Assembly (NCBI RefSeq): GCF_037042905.1
Contig: NC_087251.1
Coordinates: 39,930,001 to 39,994,000, forward strand
Source of the DNA: Lytechinus pictus
Lineage: Eukaryota
DNA length: 64,000 nt
Reading direction: 5' to 3'
The position numbers were made by a program, and so were the translations under genes. Each line of letters begins with the position of its first letter. Position 1 is the first letter of the stretch. The notes below the pieces were generated by a model that was not told the DNA's origin, did not search any database, and saw nothing but the letters and a program-made list of their open reading frames with translations. Shown piece after piece: positions 12,601-27,069 of the stretch.

Positions 12601-15600
12601 GATTTATGAATATTATATCTTGATATATATCACAAAATTGTATTTTGATTTTAAAAGTTCAAGATTTTGCTGACTGTCAACTTTTGGGGAATTTTGCTCC
12701 GTAGGTAATACCCTTTCCCTCCTTTTTTGGTCAACCAGAGGCCAGCTGCTAGTCGACCAGAATCCATATTGATAAATCCGTAATAAGTCGAGTAGTCACA
12801 ATCAACTAAGTGTGCAGTTTCCTAATTGTGCCATAAATATTGCATTTAGGTAATTGCACATTTTGTAAATTAACCCAACATTTTCAACTTAACGGCATGT
12901 GCCCGAATACTGGCAGAAGCCCCCCCCCCCGTTGGTTTGTGACGCCTTTTTGTACCGGTATTCATAATGATTTTTGCATTGGTCTTAATGATACTTTTTA
13001 TTTTCTTTTTAATTCCACAGTTTTCACAGAATTGAAAATCCGGAAGCTATCCTGAACTTTTTTTCCGAAATATGGACAAGGAGATTGAATGAAAAGTATT
13101 ATGCACGTTTCCACAATAAAGACTCAATTCCCGTAGAAGTTTGTGTCTTTATTTACTTATAATTGACTTCACTACATCCATCACGCCTCCTCCAATGTTG
13201 AATTTGAGAAATGAAGCATGGTGACTGCAAGTTAAAAGTGCTGGATAAATGCCTATTACTTTATGGACACGATACTTTCGGAAGAACTCCAGATGCAGAA
13301 TCAGTTAACAAATGTCTTCGTGGACTGATCCCTTTATTTTTCGTGTACGAACTAGACACCATTTGAAGGCAGAGATTCGCCGAGACTAATCCGAACCTCA
13401 CGGGAGGTTTGTTGATGGGTCTCTGGACGGTTGTTCTCCCCTTGATTTAGCCATTTGAACTTGATAATATTGTGAACATCAGCAGACAGAGACTTATTTG
13501 TGGAGCTGCGGAGAAATATTTAAAACACTGGATCTTAGAGGGAAATTTTGTTAGGAGCTGAAATCATGTTCCTGTAGACATGGATGCATGACGATATCAG
13601 AGAGAGGACAGATGTCAGACTGAACATTTGTATGAGTGAGTCCATTTTACCCCTAGAACAACACGGCAATATCACTTACTGATCTTAATGAAAGTTTGAC
13701 ATTCATGGATATGGGTTACGGTTTAGTTTTAGTGCCAGGATTTGTAGAGTAAGTTAATTAGGCAAAACGATAGGGTTCCCCCATAGGAGCCTGACCGAAG
13801 CTTGATCTTAGCCCATCTTCATAAATGTTATTGTGTCATATCAAGAAGATTGCTGTGTTGTCACCTACGGGTAATCGAATTCATTTAATATCTTTTAATG
13901 CATATGTGCCGAAAGCTTTACAACTTTTTTTAAAAGAAAAAGGTTGTAAGGCTTTTCCCCCTACAAATATCGTTGAATTGTTAGCGAGGATTCGGCGTAA
14001 TTCCTTACAAAGAAAATTACAAAAGAGGAGAAGAAAACAAAAACGAATTAAAGAAAATCAAAATATCGTATTAGTTCCTTGAACTCCATTAGAACACTAT
14101 TATTCAAATGAAAAAAAAAACCACTGACGTCACCTCTCGGTCTTCCCTTTATACCCTGGCGCCGCCCCTTGGTAAAAATACTTTCACATGCCAAGATTAT
14201 GGTAGGTGAAATTATCGTAGAAAGCATTAACGATATTCGATATTCGGATGTTAATCGATTTCGTATACGAAAGGCATTACGTTTGCCCTCGTAGGAACAT
14301 CCGTTACGAACATTTAAAAGGTGAGATATATTACATTTATTTTGTATGTTTGTTTATTTTATTTATTTTTCGCTTGATTGATTTTGGGGCAGCTTGCTGC
14401 CCAATTCACTTCTTAGAGCAGGGGGGACTAAGTGCTGAGTAAGTACTTTTGTATAATATTGATGGCATGCCAATTATATCCTTTTCTGAATTTTCATACA
14501 ATTTCTACTTTACTTATAAGGATAATAATGTGGTTCACTGCACAGTCCCATAGCAGATCGAGTTGTAAACCCCATGGAGAATTATTTTCCCATGGTAATC
14601 CTCAAAATGTCGAGTGTGAGTGCGAATGGATGGATCAGGAATAGGCCTATCGATATAGAAACTGATAAAGAACCAACATTTAAAGTCAAAAGAAGACCAA
14701 GGATTAGAATAGTTTAATATTCCACTTCTTCCTACATGTAGATATGCTCAGATTATTTTTGTAAAATTTTCGCATGGAGATGATTGTGATTATGATAGCG
14801 ATAATAACGCCGGTTATTGTTCAATTCAGTTCAATTCAATAATGGCATTTATTGATGATTATGCCAAATTGTACATGAATTAAGCTGCAGCTGTAGCTTT
14901 CTCGTTTAAAAGGTTGTTGACACAATATATAAATATCATGATGAATACATTTTAAAAGTTATATGAAAATTTATGTAAAATGTAATGAGGAAAGGACAAT
15001 GTTGTTTTATTTTGTAGATCTAGTGCATAATCATCACATTCAGAAATAATGATCAGAATCGAGATTTTGATTAACATGGATTTATTGTGTTTATGTTCCA
15101 GGTAAGGAATACCCCAAAAAATTTCTACCAAGCATTAGCAAGGTGGTATTTGGACGGAAAAAACAACATTCGCGGCTTTCGTCGTCTTGCCAACCTGAGT
15201 GACTTGAAACCTCAGTTATCATGGTCATGTATACCCGGAGAACAATATAATTGTATCACTTCATGATCTTAATGAATCTATGGATGTTGTCAAGCTGGTT
15301 TATGAGGCGAATATTAATGCCATGGTTTGAAGAAAAAGTCACACATCTAAGGCCTTAGTATAGGGTCTTGACTAAATTTGCTCGGTAAATTTATAATATC
15401 ATGTCAAGAAGATTACTGCATTATCGTCCGAACGTTACTTATTCTTAACACGACTGGGATAGTACGACTATTCCTGAAACGGCTAGAGGTGGCGCTTTAG
15501 TTTAAATCGTCTTCTTCCAGCTTTACTTTCGACGAGGAAAAACATAAACTGCCGATTTTGTTTTTACGTTTTCGTCAGTCCACTCGTTCAGTCTCTCGTA

Positions 15601-16627
15601 CGATCATTCGTTTCTTGCTTTTAGTCATCATGATCAATACTTAGCACCGATCACCTCGTTCATTTGAATTATCGCGGTAAGTTTTATTTCACTATTACTC
15701 TTATTGCAATGTCTTTGTATATATCAATCAATGATACCAGTCTATATCGTATAATTCGTTATTAACATTGCTGTTATTCAATTGTCGTAATTTTGATTTG
15801 ACACTTTATTACAGATCCACATTTTTTTTGAATTCAGTAAAGTGGTGGAGACATAGTTTTTCACAATATTACCTTTGATTCTATTATTAAAGGGGCTTTA
15901 GACAAATTAGGTACTTAGAAATAATAAAGTCAATGATGAAAATCAAACTAGCAACGACATCGGTTTAGTATATGTTTTTCTATCGATATATCTAGAACAT
16001 AAGGATGATCATTATCAAGTGACAACAAACCATAAGGTTTGTATAATTATGTTAGATCTAAATACGGTGCGTGGTTTATGTATAATTAAATGCCAAACAG
16101 TCGTCAGAAACAAACTATTTTCTATTATTACTATTTTCTTGTTTATGTTTCAGATGTGGAATCTGAATAGGGGCCTACATCTTCACGCGCTTTGAAAGAG
16201 AAGCTTCTGCAACCATATCGACGAGGAAATACCCTCTTGAAAATCTGACAAGCTCCGCGAGAGTAATTTTCCTGTGGAACAATCATACAGCAGTTTTTTC
16301 ATCGATATCCAGCAAAGCTCATACAACCAAAGAGGTTTAATACAGCTGAAATATCTATCACATCCTTAGAAAGGGATGAAATCTAATGTAATATATCACT
16401 TATTTGGTATTCATGTTAGGGTATGGTTGATTGCGGGGTTGACTTTTTTGGTTAATATCTCGTAACGAGTAATAACGATATATACACAACCTGTTAAAAA
16501 ATGTAACTAAGTGTGATGATTTAGGTTGTAATGTCAGATTGTTTGAGAACCAGGATATGTATAATGAGTATTTTATTCCACAGGTTTCCTACCAGCATCG
16601 ATTTGTCAAAACTAGTTTAATTTAGTA

Positions 16628-19490
16628 ATCTTCGTCACCCTTCCATCAGAAAGCAAGTATTCTCCTTCCAATTACCACTAGCTTCGTCACCCTTTCATCA
16701 GTGAGCAACTAGCCGCCTTCCGTCTTCAACTAGCTTTGTCATCCTTTCGTCAGAGAGCAACTAGTCTCCTTTCTTCTACTAATAGTTTCGTCACCCTTTC
16801 ATCAGAAACTAACAATTCTCTTTCACTTTACCACTAGCTTTGTCAACCTTTTACCAGAGATCAACGAGTCTCATTCCATGTACCACTAGCTTCGTCACCC
16901 TTTCATCATAGAGCAACTAGTCTTCTTCCATTTACCAATAGCTTCTTAATACTTCCATCAGAGAGCAACTAGCTTCCTTCCATCTACCACTGGCTTCTTC
17001 ACCCTTTCAGGAGAGCCCAATTAGTCTCCTTCTTTCTTCAACTAGTTTCGTCACCATTTATAGCAAGTAGTCTCTTTCATCTACCACTAGCGTTGTCATC
17101 TTTCACCAGTGAGCAACTATTATCCTTCTGTCTCACACTAGCTTTGTCATCCATTCATCAGAGAGCAACTAGTCTTCTCCATCTACCACAAGCTCTATCA
17201 CCCTTTCATCAAAGAGCAGTTAGTCTCCTTCCATCTACCACTAGTTTCATCACACTTTCATCAGAGAAAATTAGTCTCCCATCTACCACCAGCTTCATCA
17301 CCCTGTCATCAGAGAGTCTCTTCCATCTACCACTGGCTTCGTCACCCTTTCATCAGAGAGCAACTAGTCTTCTTCCATCTACCACTAGCTTCGTCACCCT
17401 TAAATCAGAGAGCAACTAGTCTCCTTCCATCTACCACTAGCTTCGTCACCCTTAAATCAGAGAGCAACTAGTCTTCTTCCATCTACCATCAGCTTCCTCA
17501 CCCTGTCATCAGACAGTCTCTTCCATCTACCACTAGCTTCGTCATCCTTCAATCAGAAAGCAACTAGTCTCCTTCCATCTACCACTAGCTCTCGTCACCC
17601 TTTCATCTGGGAGGAACTAGCAACCATTCTATCTACCACTGGCTTCGTCACCCTTGCACAGAGAGCAACTAATCTCCTACCACAAGCTTTGTCACCCTTT
17701 CATCAGAGCCTCCTTCCATCTACCACTAACTTCGTCACCCTTCCTTGAGAGAACAAATAGTCTCCTTCCATCTACCGCCAGCTCATCTCCCTCCATCTAC
17801 CACTAGTTTTGTCACCGTCTAATCAGAAAACATCTAGTCTCCTTCCATCTAACACTAGCTTCGTCACCCTTTTACCAGAGATCAACTAGTCTAACTCCAT
17901 TTACCACTAGTTTCGAAACCCTTTCATCTGGGAACAACTAGTCTCTCATCTACCACCAGCTTCATCACCCTGTCATCAGACAGCCTCTTCCATCTACCAC
18001 CTGCTTCGTCACCCTTTCAGTAGAGACCAACTAGTTTCCTTCCTTCTTCAACTAGTTTCGTCACCATTTATAGCAAGTAGTCTCTTTCATCTACCACTAG
18101 CTTTCTCATCCTTTCATCAGAGAGCAACTAGTTTCTTTCCCATCTACCACTAGCTTTTTCACCCTTACACAAGCGACCAACTAGTTTTCTTCAACCAGCT
18201 TCGTAACCCTTTAGAGCAAGTAGTCTTTTTCTATCTACCACTAGCTTCTTCATCCTTTCATCAGAGAGCAACTAGTCTCCTCCATCTACCACAAGCTCTA
18301 TCACCCTTTCATCAGAGAGCAACTAGTCTCTTTCCATCTACCACTAGTTCCATCACCATTTCATCAGAAAGCAAATGGTTTCCTTCCATCTGCAACTAGC
18401 TTCGTCACCCTTTAGAGCAAGTAGTCTCTTTCTATCTACCACTAGCTTCTTCATCCTTTCATCAGAGAGCAACTAGTCTCCTCCATCTACCACAAGCTCT
18501 ATCACCCTTTCAACAGAGAGCAACTAGTCTCTTTCCATCTACCACTAGTTCCATCACCCTTTCATCAGAGAGCAAATGGTTTCCTTCCTTCTGCAACTAA
18601 CTTCGTCACCCTTTAGAGCAAGTAGTCTCGTACTATCTACTACTACCTTCGTTACCCTTTCATCAGAGAGCAACTAGTCTCCTTCCATCTACCACTAGCT
18701 TCGTCACCTTTTCATCAGAGAGTCTCTTCCATCTACCACTAGCTTCGTCACCTTTTTTATCAGAGAGCAACTAGTCCCCTTCCATCTATCACTAGTTTCA
18801 TCATCATTTCATCAGAGAGGAACTGGTCTCTATCCACCACTAGCTGCGTCACCCTTTCATCTCGGAGGAACTAGCATCCTTCTATTTACCACTGGCTTCG
18901 TCACCCTTACACAGAGAGCAACTAATCTCCTACCACACGCTTTGTGACCCTTTCATCAGAGCCTCATTCCATCTACCACTAGCTTCGTCACCCTTCCATG
19001 AGAGAACAAATAGTCTCCTTCCATCTACCGCCAGCTCATCTCCCTCCATCTACCACTAGTTTTGTCACCGTTTAATCAGAGAACATTTGTCTCCTTCATC
19101 TACCACAAGCTCTATCATCCTTTCATCAGAGAGCAACTAGTCCCCTTCCATCTATCACTAGTTTCATCACCTTTTCATCAGAGAGCAACTTGTCTCCATC
19201 TACCACTAGCTTCGTCACCTTTCCATCTGGGAGAAACTAGCATCCTTCCTTCTTCAACTAGTTTCGTCACCATTTATAGCAAGTAGTCTCTTTCATCTAC
19301 CACCAGCTTCTTCACCCTTTCACATTCCATGTGACAACAAATAGTCTCCTTCCATCTTCCGCCAGCTCATCTCCCTCCATCTACCACTAGTTTTGTCACC
19401 GTTTAATTAGAGAATCTCTAGTCTCCTTCCATCTAACACTAGCTTCGTCACCATTTAATCAGAGAGTAACTCGTCTCCTTCCTTCCTACA
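16628..19490. repeat. 52-bp minisatellite array, copy B
   Basis: Same monomer and largely the same order of variants as array A, with block gains and losses. Confidence 0.97.
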
Positions 19491-21592
19491 GTTTCCATCC
19501 TAGCTTTTACCATGATCCTATTCAACATTTCACCGTTAATAAGTTCTGCTATTTCTATCGACCATTTCACCCTTCGTCTAAATAAAGGTAAGAAATAATA
19601 GATATTTTAAATGTAATTTCACCTCCTTTTCACATTTAATCTAAAGCCATTAAGTTGTTTCCATATCAATTTATTACGCAACTATTAAAATCAAAGAGTA
19701 TCCAATAAGTATGACAAAATCAATATTACAGTTAAGGTTACAATTAAACTGAGACTCAAAACTTTATGAGAAACTCCAATCATTATAATTGATATAATAT
19801 TATTACTGTTTCTCCCATGATTTCAAAAAATCCCGCCGCCCACCCCCCCTCCAATTTTTTTAACCTTCTGCCAGGCCAAGCTGGAATCAAAAAGCATAAA
19901 ATATTATTGATAAAATCTGAAGGAAACAACAGGGTTGAAGTTAATGTTTGAAATGTTAATTTTCTCTTTACTTTAATTTCAGCTTAGTTTTAGCGATATT
20001 TCATTTTTATTCAGGAGATATCTTTTGACAAAGTAATCACTGTTTTGATGGCAACAAAGACCTATAGAGAACACTGTTATCCAGATAAGACTGTCACGAT
20101 GATTTGAACAGCAGAATCAGTAACTCAGTGGTATGTTTTTTATTTCCTTTTTAGGCTGGATAGGATTAAAGACAATGCTAATAATAATAATTCTTATTTA
20201 CTCAGGTTAGCCGCTTCGCATCAGCGTTTATTGGCAGTGTTTTACGAAAGTAGTACATTTTTATAGATAGAGAATATATCATGATACCAATGCTAACAAC
20301 TCTAAATTACGTTACCCAAACAGGCAAACAGCTCTTAGCGGACCCAACTTGATATGATGTCCTAATTAAGATATTATACAATATTTTTTATTCTATTTAC
20401 ACAAAGTAGCCACTCGGTTTTTGCAAGCCCTTTTCCAGCGGTTGGATGCATTTTAATAATAATATTGATAATGATTATTCTTTTTAACCTACATGTATAT
20501 AGCGAAACCACCACAGAAGATCTTGGCGTTCTTGTACTGACACTTAAAAAAACCATAGGCAATATTTTTTTTTATAAAGCCTTGGGAGTACCCCCTTAAT
20601 TGTGCCCCGCGTACATAATATCCTTTCTTTTCGTTCTTTCACAAGTCGAGCGGATGATCAAAAAAAAAAAATCCAATAATACTTAATGAAATTATTATTT
20701 ATTAATTATTTAATACAAGTGCATTTCTGTTTTCTCCACTTCTGATATATTTTTCCCTTTTCTTTCTGGATGCATTTATATGAACAATGATTCTTTTTTT
20801 GTTGTTGTTCATCAAGGAAAACCACTTCAGCTGGTACTGGCCGTCTTCTATATAACTTAACTTCTGATCTTTATTGCCTTCTCTTTTCAGGCTTGATACT
20901 TTTTAAACATGAATATTCATAATGGCTCTTATTTTCCAGGTTAGACAGTTCCGTTTTGAGAGTTTTTTTCCAGTGACCCTGCTATCATTACCATTAACAA
21001 TGTATTTTTTGATGTAAGGTAACCTTTTCAGATTATTATTGACGTTCTTTTCTCTGTCTTACTAGCACCCCCTAACCATGCTTCCGTGTCCTACTAACAC
21101 GATATGCTTTGGTCTCTTTCCCTCATTCTTAGAAGCAGGGCGGCTGATACAAAAACAAAAGTCCAATATTATGTGCTGATTGAAAATTATAATTGATTTA
21201 TTATGCTATTCAAGTGTACTTCGGTTTTTTTATACGTCTCATTTTTCCAGACTTGTTTTATTTCCTTTATTACGAAGTGAATCCACTTCAACTGATGTTG
21301 GTGGTTTTCGATTAATCCTTCTTACATTAGTGATGACCGTTATTTTTCGTTAGCATTTGTAAGATAATCATTAATAAAGAACATAATTTTCTATGGTGTA
21401 TACAATTTAAGCTTCAGTCTTCCACCGGCTATGCTAATGTATGTTATTGTTTCTCTTCTTTCATTATAGAAAAGCAGTGTTGCTCAAAAGAATGGAAAAG
21501 TACACTACAAAATTTATTTTTAAATCATATATTTCATGTATCTTTATCAAATAATTGATTTTGGCATGTAATTTTCGTAACTTGGATTATGT

Positions 21593-21977
21593 TTATTATT
21601 ATTAATTGTGGCTACTTAATTAGCGCACAGGTCCACCTTTCGGTGCTCATGGCGCTTTAAAAAGGGCCCTGCCATTATTATTACCCCGGCTAAGATAGGC
21701 GCACACATTTAACCCCACATCTAACCCCACATCTTACCCTCATCTTACCCCTCATCTAACCCCACATCTAACCCCACATCTTACCCCGGCTAAGATAGGC
21801 GCACACATCTTTTTTAAGGAATTACTTCCTGCCGGTACCCATTTACATCACCTGGGTCGAGTGCAGCACACAGTGGATGAATTCCTTGCTGAAGGAAATT
21901 ACGCCACGGCTGGGATTTAATCCCACGTCCTTCTGTTTCAAAGTCCGGAGACTAATCCACTGGGCCACAACGCTCCA
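21593..21977 (-). mobile_element. tRNA-derived SINE, private to copy B
   Basis: Reverse complement of the element at 54249 (TGGAGCGTTGTGGCCCAGTGGATTAGTC…GTAAATGGGTACCGG…AT-rich tail). Absent at the equivalent sites ~1268 and ~11600. Confidence 0.92.
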
Positions 21978-24900
21978 TGAGTGTTATTATTCTCTTTTCA
22001 GGCTTGATACATTTAAACATTAATGTTGATAACGACTCTCTTTTTACTAAGGATAACCACTTCAGCTTTTATAGGCGGTTTTCCATCTTTCTTACTAATA
22101 AAATGAAATAAGATAATATATTGCCTTTCTCTTAACAGTAATTCTTATTTTTGATCAGGTTAGTCAGTTCAGCTTTTAATAGTGGATTTCCAACGCCTTT
22201 GCTGTCATTGCTATTAATAGATTAACATTACACTAAATTTAATTACCTATATGTACTACTGGTTGAGTTCCAGCGTATACCCTGCTATTAAACATGATAC
22301 GAATTATTCCATTCTTTCATTCTCAAAAGCAGAGTGGCTGATTCAGAGACAGAAAGTCCCATTTAACAAAATATTTTTTAGCAAAATATGTGAATACAGG
22401 CTTAGGATTCTCGTGAGATCTGAAACTGTGGCCCGCGGAACAATTTTGTGCCACCCGCCAAAACTTCGAAGGTGATCAAGGTAAGTAGTTTGGTAGTACT
22501 CTTTTCAAACATATCAGATTACTTTTGTATTTACTAATGTGAGGGAAAGATTTCTTATCCAAACATTTCTCAAGACTCGCCTGAAGCTTGTACTTATATT
22601 TTGATCCGTTCCCAGAACCTGTGTTAAGTAACATTTACTTGCATAGATCTTGTTCATCTCCAATCATACCATTACATCTCAGAGAGCTAGAATTCGTTTC
22701 GTTCTGAATTTATATAGAAAAAAAATGGAAATTAAATTACATCGGATATTATATATTTGTCTCCATCCAATATAACGATTTTCATGATTATGTTCTCTTC
22801 TTTAAAAAAAAATCTTATCTGTATGTTTTATTATTTTCACCTTGCACATGCGTATATAGGGGGCGGAGGGGGGGGGGGGGCTTGATAAGTCGAGTAATCA
22901 ACTAAATCTGCAGTTTCCTAATTGCACCCTAAATACTGCATTTTGCTAATTGCACATTTTGTTAATCAACCCAAAATTTTCAACATTACGGTATGTGCCC
23001 GAATACTGGCTGAAGCCCCCCCCCCCCCCCGTTGGTTTGTGACACCTTTTGGTACCGGTATTCATAATGATTTTGCATTGGTCTTAATGCTATTTTGTAT
23101 TTTCTTTTTAATTTTACAGTTTTCACAGAAATAAAAATCTATTGAAGCTATCTGGGGCCTTTTTTCTCGAAATATAGACATGGAGATTGAATGAAAAGTA
23201 CCATGAACTTTTCCACAATAAAGACTCAATTCCCGGAGAAATTTGTGCCCTAATTAACTTATCATTGCCTTCACTTCATCCACCACGCCTCCTCCGATGT
23301 TGAACTTGAGAAATATAGCCTGGTGACTGCAAGTGCCAAGTTCTGGATAAATGGCTATTACTTTGTGGACAGGATACTTTCAGAAGAACTCAAGACGCAG
23401 GATCAGTCAAAAATTTCTTCTTGGACGGATCCCTATATTTTCCGTGCGCGGACTAGACACTATTTTTAAGGTAGAACTTCGCAGAGACTAATCCGAACCT
23501 CACGGGGGGTTTGTTGATGGGTCTCTGGACGGTTGTTCTCCCCTTGATTTATTAATTTGAACTTGTGAACATCAGCGGACAGAGACTTGTTTGAGGAGCT
23601 GCGGAGAAATATTTAAAACACTGGATCTTAGAGGGAAATTTTGTTTCGAGCTGAAATCATGTTCCTGTGGACATGGATGCATGCCAATATCAGAGAGAGG
23701 ACAGATGTCAGACTGAACATTTGTATGAGTGAGTCATTTTACCCCTAGAACAACACGGCAATATTACTTACTGATCTTAATGAAACTTTGACATTTATGG
23801 ATATGGGTTACGGTTTGGTTTTAGTGCCAGGATTTGTAGAGTAAGTTAATTAGGCAAAATGATAGGGTCCCCATATGAGCCTGACCGAAGCTTGATCTTA
23901 GCCCATCTCCATAAATGTTATTGTGTCATATCAAGAAGATTGCTGTGTTGTCACCTACGGGTAATCGAATTCATTTAATATTTTTTAATGAATATGTGCC
24001 GAAAGCTTTACAACTTTTTTTTAAAGAAAAAGGTTGTAAGGCTTTCCCCCCTACAAATCTCGTTGAATTGTTAGCGAGGATTCGGCGTAATTCCTTACAG
24101 GGGCGGTGCCGGCAGTGAGGGGGTGGAGAAGTTGCCTCTGAATTTTGTTTATAGTACTTAAAGGAAATTACAAAAGAGAAGAAGAAAATAAAAACTAATT
24201 AAACAAAATCGAAATATCGTATTAGTTCCTTGAACTCCATTAGAACACTATTATTAAAATGGAAAAAACTGACGTCACCTCTTGGTCGTCTTGCACTTTC
24301 ACATGCCAAGAATTATGGTAGGTGAAATTATCGTAGAAAGCATTAAAGACATTCGATATTCGGGCGTTAATCGATTTCGAATACGAAAGGCATTACGTTT
24401 GCCCTCGTAGGAACATCCGTTACGAACGTTTAAAAGGTGAGATATATTACATTTATTTTGTATGTTTGATTATTTTTTTAATTTTTCGTTTGATTGATTT
24501 GGGGCAGCTTGCTGCCCAATTTACTTCTTAGTACAGGAGGAACTAAGTGCTGAGTAAGTACTTTAGTGTAATATTGATAGCATGCCAATTATATCCTTTT
24601 CTGAATTTCCATACAATTTCTACTTTACTTAGGATAATAGTGTGGTTCAGTACACAGTCCAATAGCAGATTGAGTTGTAAACCATGGATAATTATTTCCC
24701 ATGGTAATCCTCAATAAGTCAAGTGTGAGTGCGAATGGATGGATCATGAATAGGCCTATCGATATAGAAACTGATAAAGAACCAAAATTAAGGTAAAAAA
24801 AAGACCAAGGATTAGAATACTTTAATATTCCACTTCTTCCTACATGTAGATATGCTCAGATTGTTTTTGTACAATTTCCGTAATTCTTTTTGGACAGTTA

Positions 24901-27069
24901 ATAATTCTAACAATTGCCAGTCCCATGCAATAGCTATAGTAATAGATCTAGACATTGTTACCATTATGGACATCATGTGTCGTGTAGACAAAACTGAATA
25001 TGGGCTATCCATCCGCTTCATATTTTTGTTATTTTGTACAGGAATGTTGTTGCTCAAAGGATCAGTGGATTTGAATTGGAATAGTTCGTTATATGCGCTT
25101 GTAAGGAACAAATTGTAACAATCGTATGAAAACATAGGCCTAACTTTCTTTATGATATTATATCTAGATGAAACATTAGTAAATAATTAACAACCTAAAA
25201 TGTTTACCGCATGGAGATGATGATGATGATTATGATAGCGATAATAGCACCGTTTATTGTTCAATTCAAGAATGGCATTTATCGATGATTATGCAAAATT
25301 GTACATGAATTAAGCTGCAGCTGTAGCTTTCTCGTTTAAAAGGTTGTTGGCACAATATATAAATATCATATTGAATACATTATTAAAGTTATATTAAAAA
25401 CAATGTAAAATGTAATGTGGAAAAGACAATTTTGTTTTATTTTGTAGATCTAGTGCATAATCATCACATTCAGAAATAATTATAAGAATCGAGATTTTGA
25501 TTAACATGGATTTATTGTGTTTATGTTTCAGGTAAGGAATACCCCAAAAAATATCTACCAAGCATTAGCAAGGTGGTATTTGGACGGAAAAAAACAACAT
25601 TCGCGGCTTTCGTCGTCTTGCCAACCTGAGTGTCTTGAAACCTCAGTTATCATGGTCATGTATACCCGGAGAACAATATACTTGTATCACGTCATGATTT
25701 TAATGAATCTATGAATCTTGTCGAGCTGGTTTATGAGGCGAATATTAATGCCATGGTTTGTAGAAAAAGTCACACATCTAAGGCCTTAGTATAGGGTTTC
25801 GACTAAATTTGCTCGGTAAATTTGTAATATTATATCAAGAAGATTGCTGCATTATCGCCCGACAGTTACTTATGCTAAACGCGACTGGGATAGTACGAAT
25901 ATTCCTGAAACGCGTTGAGGTGGCGCTTTAGTTGAAATCGTCTTCTAGTTAAGCCTTTACTTTCGACGAGGAAAAATATAAACCGTTGATTTTGTTTTTA
26001 CGTTTTCGTCAGTCCACTCGTTCATTCGTTGAGTCTCTCGTACGATCATCCGATTCTTGCTTTTTAGTCATCACGCTGTATACCTTTTACCGATCGCCTC
26101 GTTCGTTTGAATTATCGCGGTAAGTTTAATTTCACTAGTACTCTTTTTACAATGTCTTTGTATACATCAATCAATGGTATCAGTCTATATCTTGTAATCC
26201 GTTATTAACATTGCTGTTATTAAATTGTCGTAATTTTGATTTGACACTTTAATACAGATACACATTTCTTTACATTTATTAAATTTTTCCACAACATTAC
26301 CGTTAATTCTATTATTAAAGGGCTTTAGACAAATTAGGTACTTAGAAATAATAAAATCAGTGATCAAAATCAAACTAACAACTACATCGGTTTAATATTT
26401 TTTCTATCGATAGATTTAGAACATAAGTAGAAATATCATAAAAAAGGGATGATTATTATCAAGTGACAACAAACCATAAGGTTTGTATATTTGGTGCGTG
26501 GTTTATGTATTAAATTAAATATTAAATTCCAAACAGTCGTCGGAACCAAAATATTTTCTATTATTATTAATTTCTTGTTTATGTTCCAGGTGTGAAATGG
26601 GCTTACATCTTCACGCACTTTGAAAGAGAAGCTTTTGCAACCATGTCGACTAGGAATACCCTCATGAAAATCTACCAAGCTCTGCGAGAGTCAGTTTATA
26701 TACAGCAATTTTACATCGATTTCCAACGAAGTTCATACCACCAAGAATGATTAATACAACTGAACATTTTATCATATCTTAAAAAAAGGATAAAATCAAA
26801 TGCAATTAACAAATTTTATGGTATTTTGGAAGGGTATGGTTGATTCTGGGGTTAACCTTATTTGGTTGATATCTCATAATGTGTAATGAAGATATATACG
26901 TGACTAAAAAAATGTTACTAAGTGGGTTGATTTCAGTTGTAATGTCAGAATTTCTAAGAGCCAGGATATGTATAATGATTATTTTATTCTACAGGATTCC
27001 TTCCAGAAGGGATTCGTCAAAACTGGTGTAATTTTGTAATATTTTAATCACGAACTTTCGTGAAGCTCA

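Larger units (their letters stand above)
11990..22363. repeat. ~10.4 kb tandem unit, copy B
   Basis: Colinear with A. It has private deletions (~60 bp at 14009; 356 bp at ~14772, equal to A 4528-4883) and a SINE insertion at 21593-21977. Confidence 0.95.

Noticed and set aside
17093..17419. Ser/Thr-rich ORFs in the minisatellite (also 9076-9300 and 19062-19286) as real genes
   Set aside because: They are chance open stretches of a non-triplet repeat, start at non-ATG codons and are not kept across all copies.
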